Positions 11,739-24,400 of a stretch of 64,000 bases of DNA are shown here, one piece after another. The stretch spans positions 119,323 through 183,322 of the forward strand of contig MU619242.1 in NCBI GenBank assembly GCA_025201805.1. The letters run 5' to 3'. Origin of the DNA: Parasitella parasitica NRRL 2501 (Eukaryota; Fungi; Mucoromycota). A program made the position numbers and the translations under genes. A model generated the notes under the pieces. It worked only from the letters and a program-made list of their open reading frames with translations. It had not been told where the DNA came from and made no database searches. Position 1 is the stretch's first letter, and each line of letters starts with the position of its first letter.

Positions 11739-13808
11739 TTATCCAATTAGGTTCGTGTGTTCGAGTAGAAAGATTTCTAAATCTTGCCATCCACCACCGA
11801 CACGAATCAATACTTTGTTTCTTCCGCTATTTTCATAAGTCATCAATTTACAAGTATAAATCTTTTTACCACCTCCCAGCGATGGTGTTAATTCATTACC
11901 AAAATAATATCTTCCATCGGCATTACCAGCCTTTTTCGAACACTGAATAGGAATTGGACTACGATTCACAATCATTGCGACTTGTTCATCCAATGGATCT
12001 CTGGGATCGGGTCTATAATTAACAGCAGCAGCAGCAGCAGAAGTAGTAGTAGTAGGTTTGAAGGGGGATTCTGATCTTGTCATATTAGTGATACGAGCCA
12101 TGCTAGATTTTGGTCGCAATGCGTTTGAGCTAGGTGTTTTTGGCCGAGGTATCATCGAAGGCGTACCGCTGCGACGTACGTTCGGCGTGATGCTTCGTGC
12201 TTGTTGTTTGCTGTTGTGGTTTTGAGATCTAAAGTCTTTTGTTGATATCACATCGTCTTCTCTGCTGTTTGATGGGCTTATAGATTGAGGCCGCAGCGTG
12301 CTGCCCACAGAACTGAAGCTCTCACGAGTGTAGAACGACGGGCTTGCTGTCCTTTTGCCGTTGGGCGACGTTCCTCTATATTGCCTAACCTTCTCCTCCA
12401 TGAACAGCGGACTTGGGCTATGGTGGTTGAATTTAAAGGGACTCTTTGATCTGTCTTCTTCGAACTGAAGCGAAGGCGACGATGACTTGTGCAGTAGTCT
12501 TGAGGTGGAAGTCGGCGTTGTTGTCCCTGCTGTTGCGCTTGCGACCAAATCTTTCCAGTTACTGCTACCAGTTGTACTATCGCTTCTGTCACTGAGTCGT
12601 GACCAGCAATGAGTACTATCGGACAGCGTGGATTCGACCGAGACTATGTCTGGCAAATCTCTTTTGCGCAAATGATCCATTGTTGATTTGAGCGTGTTCC
12701 ATCTTGCCAACATTGCCTCATGACGCTGCAGCGTTGCAGTGTTTCGCGACACACGTGCCGCAATGCCGTTGCCTAGCATTAGTAGCATTTTGGTTATGCT
12801 CGGCTTGTAGTACTTGTGTTTGGCTTCAAAATTCTTTTCCACCGAGCGAAGTTTGGTCATGGCGTCTGTCGTCGTGCTACTGGTGCTGGCTGTATGATTC
12901 GATGAGGAGGACGTTGTGGAAGACGAGCTTGTCACCATGACGTTGCCTTCTTTTATCTGCTGTATCATAGTGTAACACTGAGTCACTGTTTTCTCCAGTC
13001 CATTCATCATGTCGTCCACTTGGTCAGCCACCTGCCGAAACACAACCAGCCAGCGATCTTCTTTGAGCTCGATCTTGAGCTCATCAATCTCGATGCGCAA
13101 AGACTCCCATCGCTCCTGTACTAGTAGATGCTTGCGAGCCAAAAGTCCCGTGGCGTCCTCAGGCGGGTCGCTAGACGTCATCCGTGTATAGACTTTCTCC
13201 ACGCTGGTAAATAAAGGGCCTACGCGATTATCAATGTCTAGCAGGATGCTATCCTCCTTCTTTTCAGGATCAAAGTGTCGCTTTTCTTGAAACCGGAATA
13301 TCATTAGCGACAAGTCATCGATTTGTATCAAAATGCTTTCCATCATGCTTCTGAGCATGTGCCTCTCGTTGGCCTCCTCGATCAAGTTTTTGACAAACGA
13401 TATAAAATGCTGCAGTCCAGACCATTCAGACTGGATTTTGGTCGCTGTCAGCCTGCATTGCTCCAACTCGTCTTGCTCATCGACACATTCCGCCAGTAAC
13501 GGAATGAATGGCTGCATTCTACCGCATGCAAGCTCCAGAGGCTCCACGGAACACAGCTCCATATCGCCTCGTTTGACACTCTGCTCAATGCTGAAAGCTA
13601 TCATATGAGCAGTCTCCAACCAATGTGTGATGCGCTTGGCAACGGCATTGAAATCAACCACCCGCTGTTCAGGGGAAAGCACCGGCGAAAACAAATCATT
13701 CGATTCCTTTTCTGGTATCTGTATTTGGTAGAGTGCGTCGAATATGTCTTTTGCTGCTGTTGCTGTTGCTGTTGTTGTTGTTGTCTGTATGGATTCTGAT
13801 GTTATCAT
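11739..13808 (-). CDS. Kar9-like helical protein with a C-terminal GAS2/GAR microtubule-binding domain
   Basis: 689-aa ORF. Helical N-terminus (ELKEDRWLVVFRQVADQ, FEAKHKYY), Ser/Pro-rich linker with SxIP motif (PSMIPRP), GAR motif (DPLDEQVAMIVN...GRYYFG...KVLIRVGGGWQDL). Confidence 0.8.
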   Translation of the reverse strand: MITSESIQTTTTTATATAAKDIFDALYQIQIPEKESNDLFSPVLSPEQRVVDFNAVAKRITHWLETAHMIAFSIEQSVKRGDMELCSVEPLELACGRMQPFIPLLAECVDEQDELEQCRLTATKIQSEWSGLQHFISFVKNLIEEANERHMLRSMMESILIQIDDLSLMIFRFQEKRHFDPEKKEDSILLDIDNRVGPLFTSVEKVYTRMTSSDPPEDATGLLARKHLLVQERWESLRIEIDELKIELKEDRWLVVFRQVADQVDDMMNGLEKTVTQCYTMIQQIKEGNVMVTSSSSTTSSSSNHTASTSSTTTDAMTKLRSVEKNFEAKHKYYKPSITKMLLMLGNGIAARVSRNTATLQRHEAMLARWNTLKSTMDHLRKRDLPDIVSVESTLSDSTHCWSRLSDRSDSTTGSSNWKDLVASATAGTTTPTSTSRLLHKSSSPSLQFEEDRSKSPFKFNHHSPSPLFMEEKVRQYRGTSPNGKRTASPSFYTRESFSSVGSTLRPQSISPSNSREDDVISTKDFRSQNHNSKQQARSITPNVRRSGTPSMIPRPKTPSSNALRPKSSMARITNMTRSESPFKPTTTTSAAAAAVNYRPDPRDPLDEQVAMIVNRSPIPIQCSKKAGNADGRYYFGNELTPSLGGGKKIYTCKLMTYENSGRNKVLIRVGGGWQDLEIFLLEHTNLIG

Positions 13809-15473
13809 TCAAGACTAATGTAACAAACGTCAGTTGATTTTTTTTTCCTTTTTTCTTCTTCTTGCAAAGAGGCGGGAATTTACCTTTACAAATAAAAAGA
13901 GATAAAAGGTTGCGGGTATCAAAGCTCAGGAAGCTTACAAGCGAAATAAACGAAATGGGGGGGGGGAGAGGGGAGAGGGGGAAGATTGTAGCTGATGTTT
14001 GCTGTGTATTAGTATATTACGCTGGGTATAAAGAGGCTCTTGTTTTCACTGCTATAGCTTGGCGATCATCCACTAGTGTATTTGCCGATATAAGGTAGAC
14101 CACTGACGTGAAGAGAGAAAAATAAACGGGGATGTGTAAAAAATTGCAAGCAGAAACAAAGAGAGAAAGAGCAAAACAAAACTGTGGGGTTGAAACTTTA
14201 TAGTTCTTCTTCATCAAAGAATTGCATCTCAGATAGAGTAGCAAGCTTACCTTTGTTGTAGCCAAGGAGCCGTTCCTGAACACATCCTCTTCCTCGATCC
14301 AATGTGCTTCATTGGCAAGACCACTCGCCTCTCTAAAGAGATTTATAGTAAACCAACTCTCTTTTTTTTTTTTTTTCTTCTTTTTACTCGATATTCTTGC
14401 AAAAATACAGCTGCAGTCATTGGATGTGATATCTGCATAAACTCATCATATCATGCATAGGAACATGTATTATAGTGCATCCTGCTATATTTATAATCTT
14501 TCTCAAAGCATTTGAGCAGACGTTGCCAATCAGTTTTTTTTTTTAAAAAAATAAAAGTACTATTACGTTCTCAGCGATTACTATGCTGAAAAGTAAACTC
14601 CCTATCTTTTTGAAAGGACACAGGCCAGCCTTACTAAACCCCTAATGTGTGTTCTCTGAAACAAGTGGCAAAGCATATTAATTAATCACAATGTTTGTGA
14701 GAACACTCTAAACACAAGCTCCTGGTTATTGTTGGTCAAATAAGCAGGAAAATGTCCGAATAAGCCATTTCGCTCTGAGCGCTTATTCTAGCTGACAACT
14801 TTATACCCAAATCCTCTGAAATGATGAGAGTCAATCCGCATGCTTTAAAAAGCAACAAATAATCGTGGTCTTTCACATCCTGACTCATATGTCTGCTCAA
14901 ATCTAATGTATAGGAAATTGACTCTCTTAGCTTAGTGACCCAAAGGCGGAACGTGACCAAAATTGGGAGCAGAATTGTAACATTCCTCAAGCTTTCTTCG
15001 CATCACATATGACAGTTGCAAAGGGGCTTACTTGGGCAGAATGGAGGGGGCAACGATTATCCGAATGGCTACCTGGAAACGCTTTGCCAGACTAATCTGC
15101 ACTAGATATATGACGCGAGCAAGTCGAAAAAAAAAATGGTAAATGTTGTAATCAAGTGTCGCAAGAGATCGACTATGGGATGAACATCGTATGTCTTTTC
15201 AGAGATGTGCTTTGCAATCAATGAAAGCTTCAAGGCATGTGTTTACGTCAGGAATCACATTGCCTTGGTGTTGTATGCTGCTATCAATTACAGACATGGT
15301 AAACCGCAAAATTGCACCAAGTATGATTGAGTTGAGGCCAACATATACGTATATAGTCACATCGATGACGACTGTATCCCTTTACAGAATATGGTTGCTG
15401 CAAGTCGCGTTTTGCTGCGATTCATTGAGCAGGAAAAAATATTTTTCTTATTGGTGAAGATGACTCCATTTTA

Positions 15474-15512
15474 GCAAAAAAAAAAATAAAAAAAAAAAAA
15501 AAAAAAAAAAAA

Positions 15513-15549
<37 letters not shown>
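15474..15549. repeat. Long poly(dA) tract upstream of importin-beta
   Basis: About 70 A residues with two T interruptions. Confidence 0.8.
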
Positions 15550-15550
<1 letters not shown>

Positions 15551-15749
15551 TTGAAAAAATCAAACGTTGTGTTTTTCTCTCTTTTTTTTTCTTGTTTAAT
15601 AACAAAAAAGTTTGGTTGCATCTTTTATCTGATTTTCTTGGTAAAAAAAAAAAAATCACACACACGGAAGCAAAGGAGGCGCAGGCGATGAAAACGTACT
15701 TACATGTGTTTGCTAGGTTCAGTTGTCGAGAAATAAAATAAAGTACAAA

Positions 15750-18700
15750 ATGGACGCAGCTACACTTCTTACCAACGCCTTATCGCCTGGTAAGCGCAAG
15801 GCAGATGCTGATAAGAATTATATACGCTAACTGCTGCTCCTAGATCATGCTACGCGTGAAGAAGCTGCTCAAAATTTAGAATTATACGCTCAAGAAAACT
15901 ACGTAAGATGCCTTTATTTTTTTTATTTTTTTTTTTTTTTTATTTTTTATTTTATACCAAAGTAATCGTATATTAAACGGACATGTGAACTATAGCCCAA
16001 CTATATACTTTCTTTGTGCCAAGTTCTTGCCAACGAGGAAAACAATGACCAAATCAGAATGTCTGCTGGTCTTGCCTTGAAAAACACTTTGACAGCAAAG
16101 GTAGGGCGCAAATAGCACCACCTCCTTACGATATTTGTAATTCAACAGGTTGATGTAGGAATATACTCGCAAAGAGGAGCTTTCTCAGAGATGGATCATG
16201 GCTGCTGAGGAACTCCGTGGCCAAATCAAACAAGGGGTAAGTCGTGCTGTGCTTGTGCGTATTAGCCCGTTCATTCTAACATTTGGAGGGAAAATCCAGG
16301 TCCTTCAAAGCTTGAGCTCTTCCAAGAAGATGGTTGGCAATACTTCTGGTCAAGTAAGTTTTGCTGTGCCATATGACATGCTGGGGTTGGTTCTGATATG
16401 ATGAGTGCTTTTTTTTTTTTTTTTNNNNNNNNNNATGTAGGTAATAGCTGCTATCGCTGAGATCGAGCTGCCTTTAGGTCAATGGCCCGACTTGATTCGC
16501 ATCCTGCTTGAAAATATTTCAACTGGCAATGACACTGTGAAGCAATCTACTTTGCAAGCTATTGGTTATGTTTGTGAAGCTACGGTAGTGTACTTTTTTT
16601 TGGTTTTTTTTTTAGTCGTTTGCATGAATTCAAAGAAACTAATCCTTGAAAAAAGGATCCTGCTGTCCTTGCGACGCAATCTAACGATATTTTGACCGCA
16701 GTTGTCCAAGGCGCCCGCAAAGAAGAACCCAAGTAAGTAGGGTTTGGATGCGCTATTTTAACCTATAAATCTAACACTGATTTATAGTCAAGAGGTGCGT
16801 CTCACAGCTATCAAGGCTTTGATCAATTCCCTTGATTTTATCAAGGAGAACTTTGAGCGCGAGGTAGGTTTGTTGCGGTTGAGAGGTGGACGTAAAAAGC
16901 TCTAAAACATTAGCGGAACAGGGCGAACGAAACTTTATCATGCAAGTTGTTTGTGAAGCCACTCAAAGTGAATATACCGATGTCCAAGTCTCTGCTTTCG
17001 AATGTCTTGTTCGTATCATGCAAACCTACTACGACAAGATGCGTCTTTATATGGAAAAGGCCTTGTTTGGTGTGCGTATTTTTTTTTAATTGAAACGAGA
17101 ATTTCAAGCTGAAACTAAACTTTGCGTTATTACTAGCTGACTATTGCTGGTATGAACAACCAGGACGAGCGTGTTGCATTGCAAGCTATTGAGTTTTGGT
17201 CTACAGTCTGCGATGAGGAAATAGATTTGAAAGAAGAGTTGATCGAGGTAAGCAGCCGATGAAAAAGCGAAAGAGAGCAATAGAAAAAAAAACCAACATG
17301 CTGGATAACAGGCCCATGAAGCTGGTGAGCAACCCGAACGCGAAAGCTACCACTTTGCTGAATTGGCACTTGGCGACATTGTCCCTGTGCTTTTATGGAC
17401 GCTTACAAAGCAAGAAGATGACTACGATGAGGACGAATGGACCGTTGCAATGGCCTCTGCCACATGTCTTTCATTACTGGCGCAATGTACCGGCAACCTT
17501 ATTATCCAGCCTGTTGTACCTTTTATCGAATCAAATATTCAAAATGAGAACTGGAGAAACCGCGAAGCTGCTGTCATGGCATTCGGTTCCATTTTAGATG
17601 GCCCTGACCCAACTGTCTTGACACCCTTTGTTGAACAGGTAAGAAAGAGAGAAGAGGAGAGGAGAGAGGAAGAGCACAAAATGAGGGAAGGACGTTATCA
17701 ACTGAAACACGGTTATGTTTAATTTCAGGCATTACCGGCTTTAATTCAAATGATGAAGGACCCTGTTGTCCACGTCAAAGATACTGTCGCTTGGACGCTT
17801 GGTCGTATTTGCGAACTGCTCACGGATTGCATTAAGCCTGAGATTCACTTGAACGATCTGATCTCTGCTCTTGTGTACGGACTTCAAGACAACCCTCGTA
17901 TTGTGGGTAATTGCTGTTGGGTACGTATAGACAGTCTAGGTTTTGCAGACTCGATTCTAACCACATGCACAGTCTCTGATGAACTTGGCTGAGCAACTGC
18001 GTCAGGAAGATGGCGCTCCCACATCGCCTCTCTCTGTCTTCTTTGAAGGAATCATAACTGCTCTGTTACAATTCACTGAGGGAGGCAACAATGAAGCCAA
18101 TTGCAGAACATCTGCCTACGAAGCAATGTCCACGCTTGCCGTGTGTTCAGCTAATGTAAGTACGTGTTTGAACTTTGTCTGCTGTAGGCTCATTTTTTCT
18201 TTTCATTTTGCTTTGCAAACAGGATTGCACCAGCACTGTACAAGGGATTGTTTTGGCTGTATTGGATCGCTTAGAAAAGACCATGGTCATGGAGGGTCAA
18301 ATCCTGGATGCAGATGACAGAGCTGGCCACTCTGAATTACAATCTAGTCTGCTGGGTGTATTGACCAACTGTATCCGCCGCCTCTCTCGAGACATCAGCG
18401 AGGTTGCCGACCGCATCATGACAGTCGTCCTTCAACTTTTGAAGAAGCAATCCAAGCAAGCAACTACCACTGAGGATGTTTTTTTGGCTATTGGTGCCAT
18501 GACCAGTGCTTTAGAGAGTGATTTCAATAGATATGTTGCATCATTTATACCTATTCTTTGCGACGCATTGCAAAACCCTGCTGAATATCAACTGTGCTAT
18601 ATTGCTGTCGGCGTTATTGGCGATATCTGTCGTGCTCTTGGAAAGGATGCCACTCCTTACTGCAACGAGCTGATGCAACTATTGGTCACTAACCTCCAAT

Positions 18701-19389
18701 CGCCTGTTCTCCATCGTACCGTCAAGCCTGCAATTCTTTCATGCTTTGGAGACATTGCATTGGCTATTGGTGGTGCATTCAGTGCATATCTGGAGGTTGT
18801 CATGATGGTTTTACAGCAAGCCGGTGGCATGCGTGCTGAAGGAGAGAATTATGAATTGATTGACTATTTCAATTCTTTGTATGAGGGCTGTGTTGAAGCA
18901 TACATTGGCATTGTCCAAGGCCTAAATGGAACTCCTCAAGGTAAGAAATGTGCTGAAATCGGCAGAGGTGTGTTTTTGCTTAATGTTTATACACTGTGTA
19001 GCTCCCATGTTATTACCCTTCTTGCCCAGTGTCTTTGAATTCATGCGTCTTGTCGCCAATGATCCCAACAGAACCGATGCTCTCGTAAGATCTGTTATTG
19101 GCCTATTAGGGTAATTTTTAGACTTGTGTTTGCTACCTAGTAACATTGCTAACATGCTTCATCTTTCAGCGATCTGTCAGAGACTTTCGGAGCCCAGTTG
19201 AAGCAGCTTTTCATCACACAAGAATGGATTCCTATTGTGCTGCGTGAGGCCAGAACAAGCCGCCATTACAGCCAAACAACCAAAGAAACAGCGCGTTGGG
19301 CCAAGGAGGTAAGTTTTCTCGGCGTGGGCCATGTTAAATGCTAGTTCCTGACCCTCTTGTCGTAGATGTTTAAACGTGCTTGTCAATAA
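15750..19389 (+). CDS. KAP95: Importin subunit beta-1 (karyopherin beta), ~19 exons
   Basis: [127 protein letters not shown]. Stop TAA at 19387-19389. Confidence 0.96.
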
Positions 19390-20026
19390 AGCATGCTACT
19401 CTTCTGTTTCTGCGACCTTTCCCCCCCCCCCCCCCCCCTCTTTTTTTTTTTTTTTTTTTTATTTACTGCTGCCCTGTTTATTACCTGCCTTTTTTTCTTG
19501 AAAAAGTTAAAGGATGCCAATTCTTTCTCTCTTTGTATTCATAACGCCTTCTTTTATTTACTATACAACAAAATTTTCTTTGGAAATCAGCTTTGAACAG
19601 CTGTTATCTTTCTCTTTTTTTTTTTTAAATACACAATTTTCACCTCCCCTCAGACACCCTCTCCATTTCCCAAATACACTTCCCCAAAATCTACACTCTT
19701 AAATTTTCTTTTCGCCGTCTTTTCTTGGAGATGGAACAAAGAAGCTTAAAAAAAACAGAATAAATATCCCCCCCCTTACCCATACATTCAATCACTACAT
19801 ACACAACGTTTTTATTTTCTATGCAAACATATACACATTTTGAAGACTCGACAGTGTTTGTTGGACTAGTAACCAAAAGAGGATGTCTTTTGAGGCTTTC
19901 AATGTGTTTAAAAATAGAGCCCATGTGGCTGGTTTCAATTATCCAAAACTAGCGACTGATTCTCATCAGCCATTTTAGCCCTTCTTTCATTTATCACTTG
20001 TAAAACTAATTTAATACCACCACATC

Positions 20027-21451
20027 ATGTCGTTCCTGAACTCAATCTTTGACGTGTTCTCGTCTTTTATGGGTTGCTGTATACCCAGCTCCAACCTAAG
20101 TATCAATGGGAGAGCTTACCGCATTGTAAAATTGCTAGGAGAAGGGTGAGCTGCTTGCCAAGAGTTGCAAAAGACGGCCAGCACTAACCAAAGACACCCC
20201 CCCCCTCCCTCTCTCTCTCTCTTTTTTTTTATAGTGGATTCTCCTTTGTCTACCTGGTTCAAGATGGATCCGGCAACCAGTTTGCCATGAAAAAGATTAG
20301 ATGCACATTAGGCACCGAAGAAGCTGACCTGGCACAGCGAGAAGTAGACATTTACCAGCTATTCTCTCACAAAAACATCATCAAAATGGTGGTAAGTGCC
20401 CCCCCCCCTTTTTTTTTTGCTTTTTTTCTTGGTCATTGTAATGTATAGTAACTAGATGTATATATATATATATATTTTGTGTGTGTAGGATTCTAGTACT
20501 ATTACCGAACCGGACGGTAGCAAAACCATCTATATCTTTTTGCCGTATTACAAAGTAATTTTATTGCAGTATGCTTGGTACGATTGACATGATGATTAAC
20601 GGCTCGTCTAACCTGCTTAGAGAGGAAATCTACAAGACGCCATCAACAAAAACAATATGAACAAAACTCACTTTCCGGAAACCGACATGCTATACATGTT
20701 CAGAGATATCTGTGTGGCGGTTGAAGAGCTGCACACGTTTAAGGGACAGGGTGGAGCAAAGGTTTTATACGCACCGAGTCAGGTTATATCGCCAGAGGAC
20801 GAAAACAGGCAAGATGAGGCTTTACTGAGTCATCACTCGCAAGACCAGCCTTCAGGGGGGCAATTGGAAACTGGTAAACGAGGCGAGATGGTGCCGTGGG
20901 CCCACAGAGACATCAAGCCTGGGTAAGTTTCGTATACCATACCACAAGCAAAAAAAAAAAATATTCTTACCAACTTGGCTTTTTTTTTGAAATCTAGAAA
21001 TGTCTTGATTTCTGATGATGGCGAAACACCTGTGCTTATGGACTTTGGATCGGCTTGTGCTGCAAGGATCCAGATCAATACCAGACAGGAAGCATTGCAG
21101 CAACAAGACCTTGCTGCCGAGCAGTGCACTATGCCCTACAGAGCTCCAGAGCTGTTTGATGTCAAAACAGGCACTACATTAAACGAAAAGGTAGATATAT
21201 GGTCGTTGGGATGTACGCTGTTTGCCATGGCATATGGCCAGTCGCCGTTTGAGGTCAACATGGATCAGGGCGGTTCTGTTGCATTAGCAGTGCTGAATAA
21301 CCAGTATAAATTTCCCGACAAATCCACCTATTCCAAAGACGTTGATGAAACCATTCAGTGGATGCTGACAGCGGATCCGTCGAAAAGACCTACGATACAA
21401 AAAGTAATCGCTAAACTCGATGATTTATTGAAAAAGAATGCAGATAAATAA
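20027..21451 (+). CDS. NAK-family Ser/Thr kinase (Env7/STK16-like), 5 exons
   Basis: N-terminal GCC putative palmitoylation site, LLGEG|GFSFVYLV, AHRDIKPG|NVL, LMDFGS, AAEQCTMPYRAPELF, DIWSLGCTL. Confidence 0.9.
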
Positions 21452-21479
21452 AAAATAAAAATGAAAAAGTAGCGTGTGT

Positions 21480-24400
21480 CTATGATATTAATGCATTGAT
21501 TCGATTTTGCTCGACGTCCATGTTCTGTGCAAAACATCTCATCCATTGATCCTCAGGAACGAGCGATCCAAACAATTCTTTCATATGGCTTCCAAGCTGT
21601 ATGACACAATGGCATATTTAGTTACATACGGCATAATATAATGGATCAGTCCAAAAAACAAAACAAAAAAACATAGCTTTACCTGTTCTAGTTCGCGGAT
21701 AATATTCTCCATTAATACCACGTAGGCGTAGTATACCATGTAACACTCGTCTTTCTTTTCCTCTGCCAATTCGTGTCCTTGGATGGATATTTCCATCACC
21801 AGCGGCAGCTGCTGTAGCTTCTGCATTAAGAGCTGCCTTGTGTTTTCCGCAGGCGGCAAGTAGGGCGGCAAAGGAGTTTTCAATTGTAGTGCTGACGCCA
21901 GCAGGTAAAAGTACAAAAAGACGTTTCCTGCCATTTCCATAAACTCGCGGGAAGCAGGCATCAGAAAGTTTCTTCGCACATGCTCCGCCCACACGTCCTT
22001 TAGTATCACAATCCTCAGTGACAGCAGCTTTTCTAGGATGTTTTGGCAGCTAGCCAGCATGGCTGAATACGTTTTCGCGGGAAACGGGCCTTTTAAGCGC
22101 GGCTCATTGGGTGCATGTGCCAATAAGCCTTGCAGATCAAAGATGCTTACTTGGATTGAGAGTTCAATCCTTTGCAGCTCTGCTGCTCTACTCTTGTTTT
22201 TTCTAGACATGGCCAGCGTGTTGGACTCGGTTGCTGCTGCAGTTTCAGTAATGTCATCCTCCGAGTAAACCGATATAAGCTGCTTGTATAGCCATGATAA
22301 TCTTAGCAGCAGATCAGACAACCCCTTTCTTACCTCCCGTCTTGCTTCATAGGGCCATACGTAGGCAGTGATGAATAGACCTAGGACAACGCCAACAGAG
22401 ACAGCCAAACATCGCATCCACGTAAGCGCAAATACATTGACGCCGTTGTCTAAGCGATGGTTAAACTTGTACAGCACAATCAGATTGTACGCAAGCAAGG
22501 TGAACAGGCCAAATCGTCCGTGTTTGTGATGGAGGATGAGCCAGAAACTCGGGATAGAGATAAGCCACGTACACAACCACAGCATGATGGTGTTGTCTTG
22601 AAAGATAGTGTAAATGATGGCTGCCAGCACACAGCCTAGGATGGTGGCAATCACACGCAGGACAGCGCCTAAATTTGTGCCTCCCACCGTGGGTGTCATT
22701 ACTGCCATCACGGTGATGAGCGTCCATTCCAGCTTGAACTCGGTAAAGTAGGGCCGGGTTGCAGGAATAAACGCGAGGACCGAGATGAATTCGGCTGTCA
22801 GCATCGATTTCAGTGCAAACTTGACTCGATACGTTCTGAATTCGGAAAAGAAGCTCCATAGGTTTAACAGGATCTTTCTCGCCTTGGTTTTGGGTGCTGG
22901 TGTGTGCAAGGTATTGAACGTGTTGTGGTTGTTTGGCGTGAAAATGGTATCTTTTGTGTTGGTGGTATCTTCGCTTTCATCCTCTGTTGCTCTTTTGTCT
23001 GTATACACACATCCATAATTTAGCTTCTGTGGCTCCGAACGAGACTTGTATCAAACACTCACTACTTACCGTTTTTGTGTTTAAACAGGTACTTGATCCA
23101 GGGAAATATCCTGTTGGATTGGTCCGATTCCTCCATGTCCTCAAATACGTACTGCACGCTTTCCACCAAAGTCATCAGCTCTTTGGCGAATTCCAGCAAG
23201 CAAAACACAAAAAAGTAGACGAGAAAGACATCGTCAGCTGCATTGCGTTTTTCTTTCAGAAAGAGCATATGCAGTTCGTCTGATTTGAGGCTTTTGCGCA
23301 GCTGTTTCTTGGTTTTTCGCTTGTAGAATCGCAGCAGAGCCTTGTGCTGTGATGCTTCAAATAGCTGGATGGCGTTCGCAAGATTCTGCCGCATGAGTCG
23401 AAACGATGGCGTCGCGCAAGTCGTTCTTTTCGTGAACCGCGCTTGCAAATGAACAATCGTCTGCTTACAAGTGTAGGCTAGTGATTTCATGGGCGACCGA
23501 ACAGTGCGAATAAACTGCACCAAAGCGCCTTCTTTCTTGTCAGATTTCACTGTTGCTTTATCGCTTGGCATTGAAAAATAATCTGATGGTGCTGCTGCTG
23601 CTGCTGCTGCTGCTGCTGTAATTGCTGATGGCGACGATTGGTCTTGCTTCTGTCTTTCTCTTTTCAGCTCGCACTCCATCTTCTTTCGCTGAGGGCCTGC
23701 TTTAAGGCTGAACGTTTCTTTTTTTGACGTTGCGGGATTACTATTAGAGCCCTCAACTGCGGCCGTTACCGCTGTGGTGCTACTACTGATAGATCCGTAG
23801 CCTGTAGCTTGACTGGTAGGTGTTGGCGCTATTGTCTGCTGCATAACTTCCACTTGGAGGCCACAGCTGCTTTTTAATCCGCCAATGTGCTGTGCAAGGC
23901 GCTCAAGGCTGCTCACAATGGTTTTATAGCCCTTGGCGTGGTATTGCATCTCCAAGTTGTAGAATTCAAGGCTGGCGTCTTTGAGGGCTGGTTTTAGCGC
24001 CGTAAAGCTGGCTCGATGCGTCTTTAATGCAGTTTCCAAGGTTTTGTTGGCTGTGAATTCTGGAAGATCTGCATCCAGCAAAAACGTTTTTGTCAGCAAC
24101 TTGAGCAAAATGCGAGTCGAAGACAGACTCGAGTCTATATTCGTTCTATGTATTACGATGCATTATATACAGGTCAGCACAGCGCAGCTTATAGATACAG
24201 AGTGTGCATGTTTACCTCAGCTTCTTGGTTGCTGTCATTGGCCATATAAACACACAGATAGCAACCGAGATAATGGTGCCAAATGCGACAATGGCAAACG
24301 TGTCGGTGATAATGTCAAAGTCAAACTCTGCTTCATTACCCGATCCCTGCCTGACAATAACAGTGAACAGTATGATAAAGGCTAATCCAGAGGCTATAGG

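Noticed and set aside
14179-14187. AAACTGTGG (Met31/32-type site)
   Set aside because: Lies 13 kb from the sulfur genes, upstream of an unrelated cytoskeletal gene; probably chance.
15474-15549. Long poly(A) as a retrogene or SINE tail
   Set aside because: No target-site duplication or element body seen. Homopolymers are common throughout the window, so a promoter tract or sequencing inflation is more likely.
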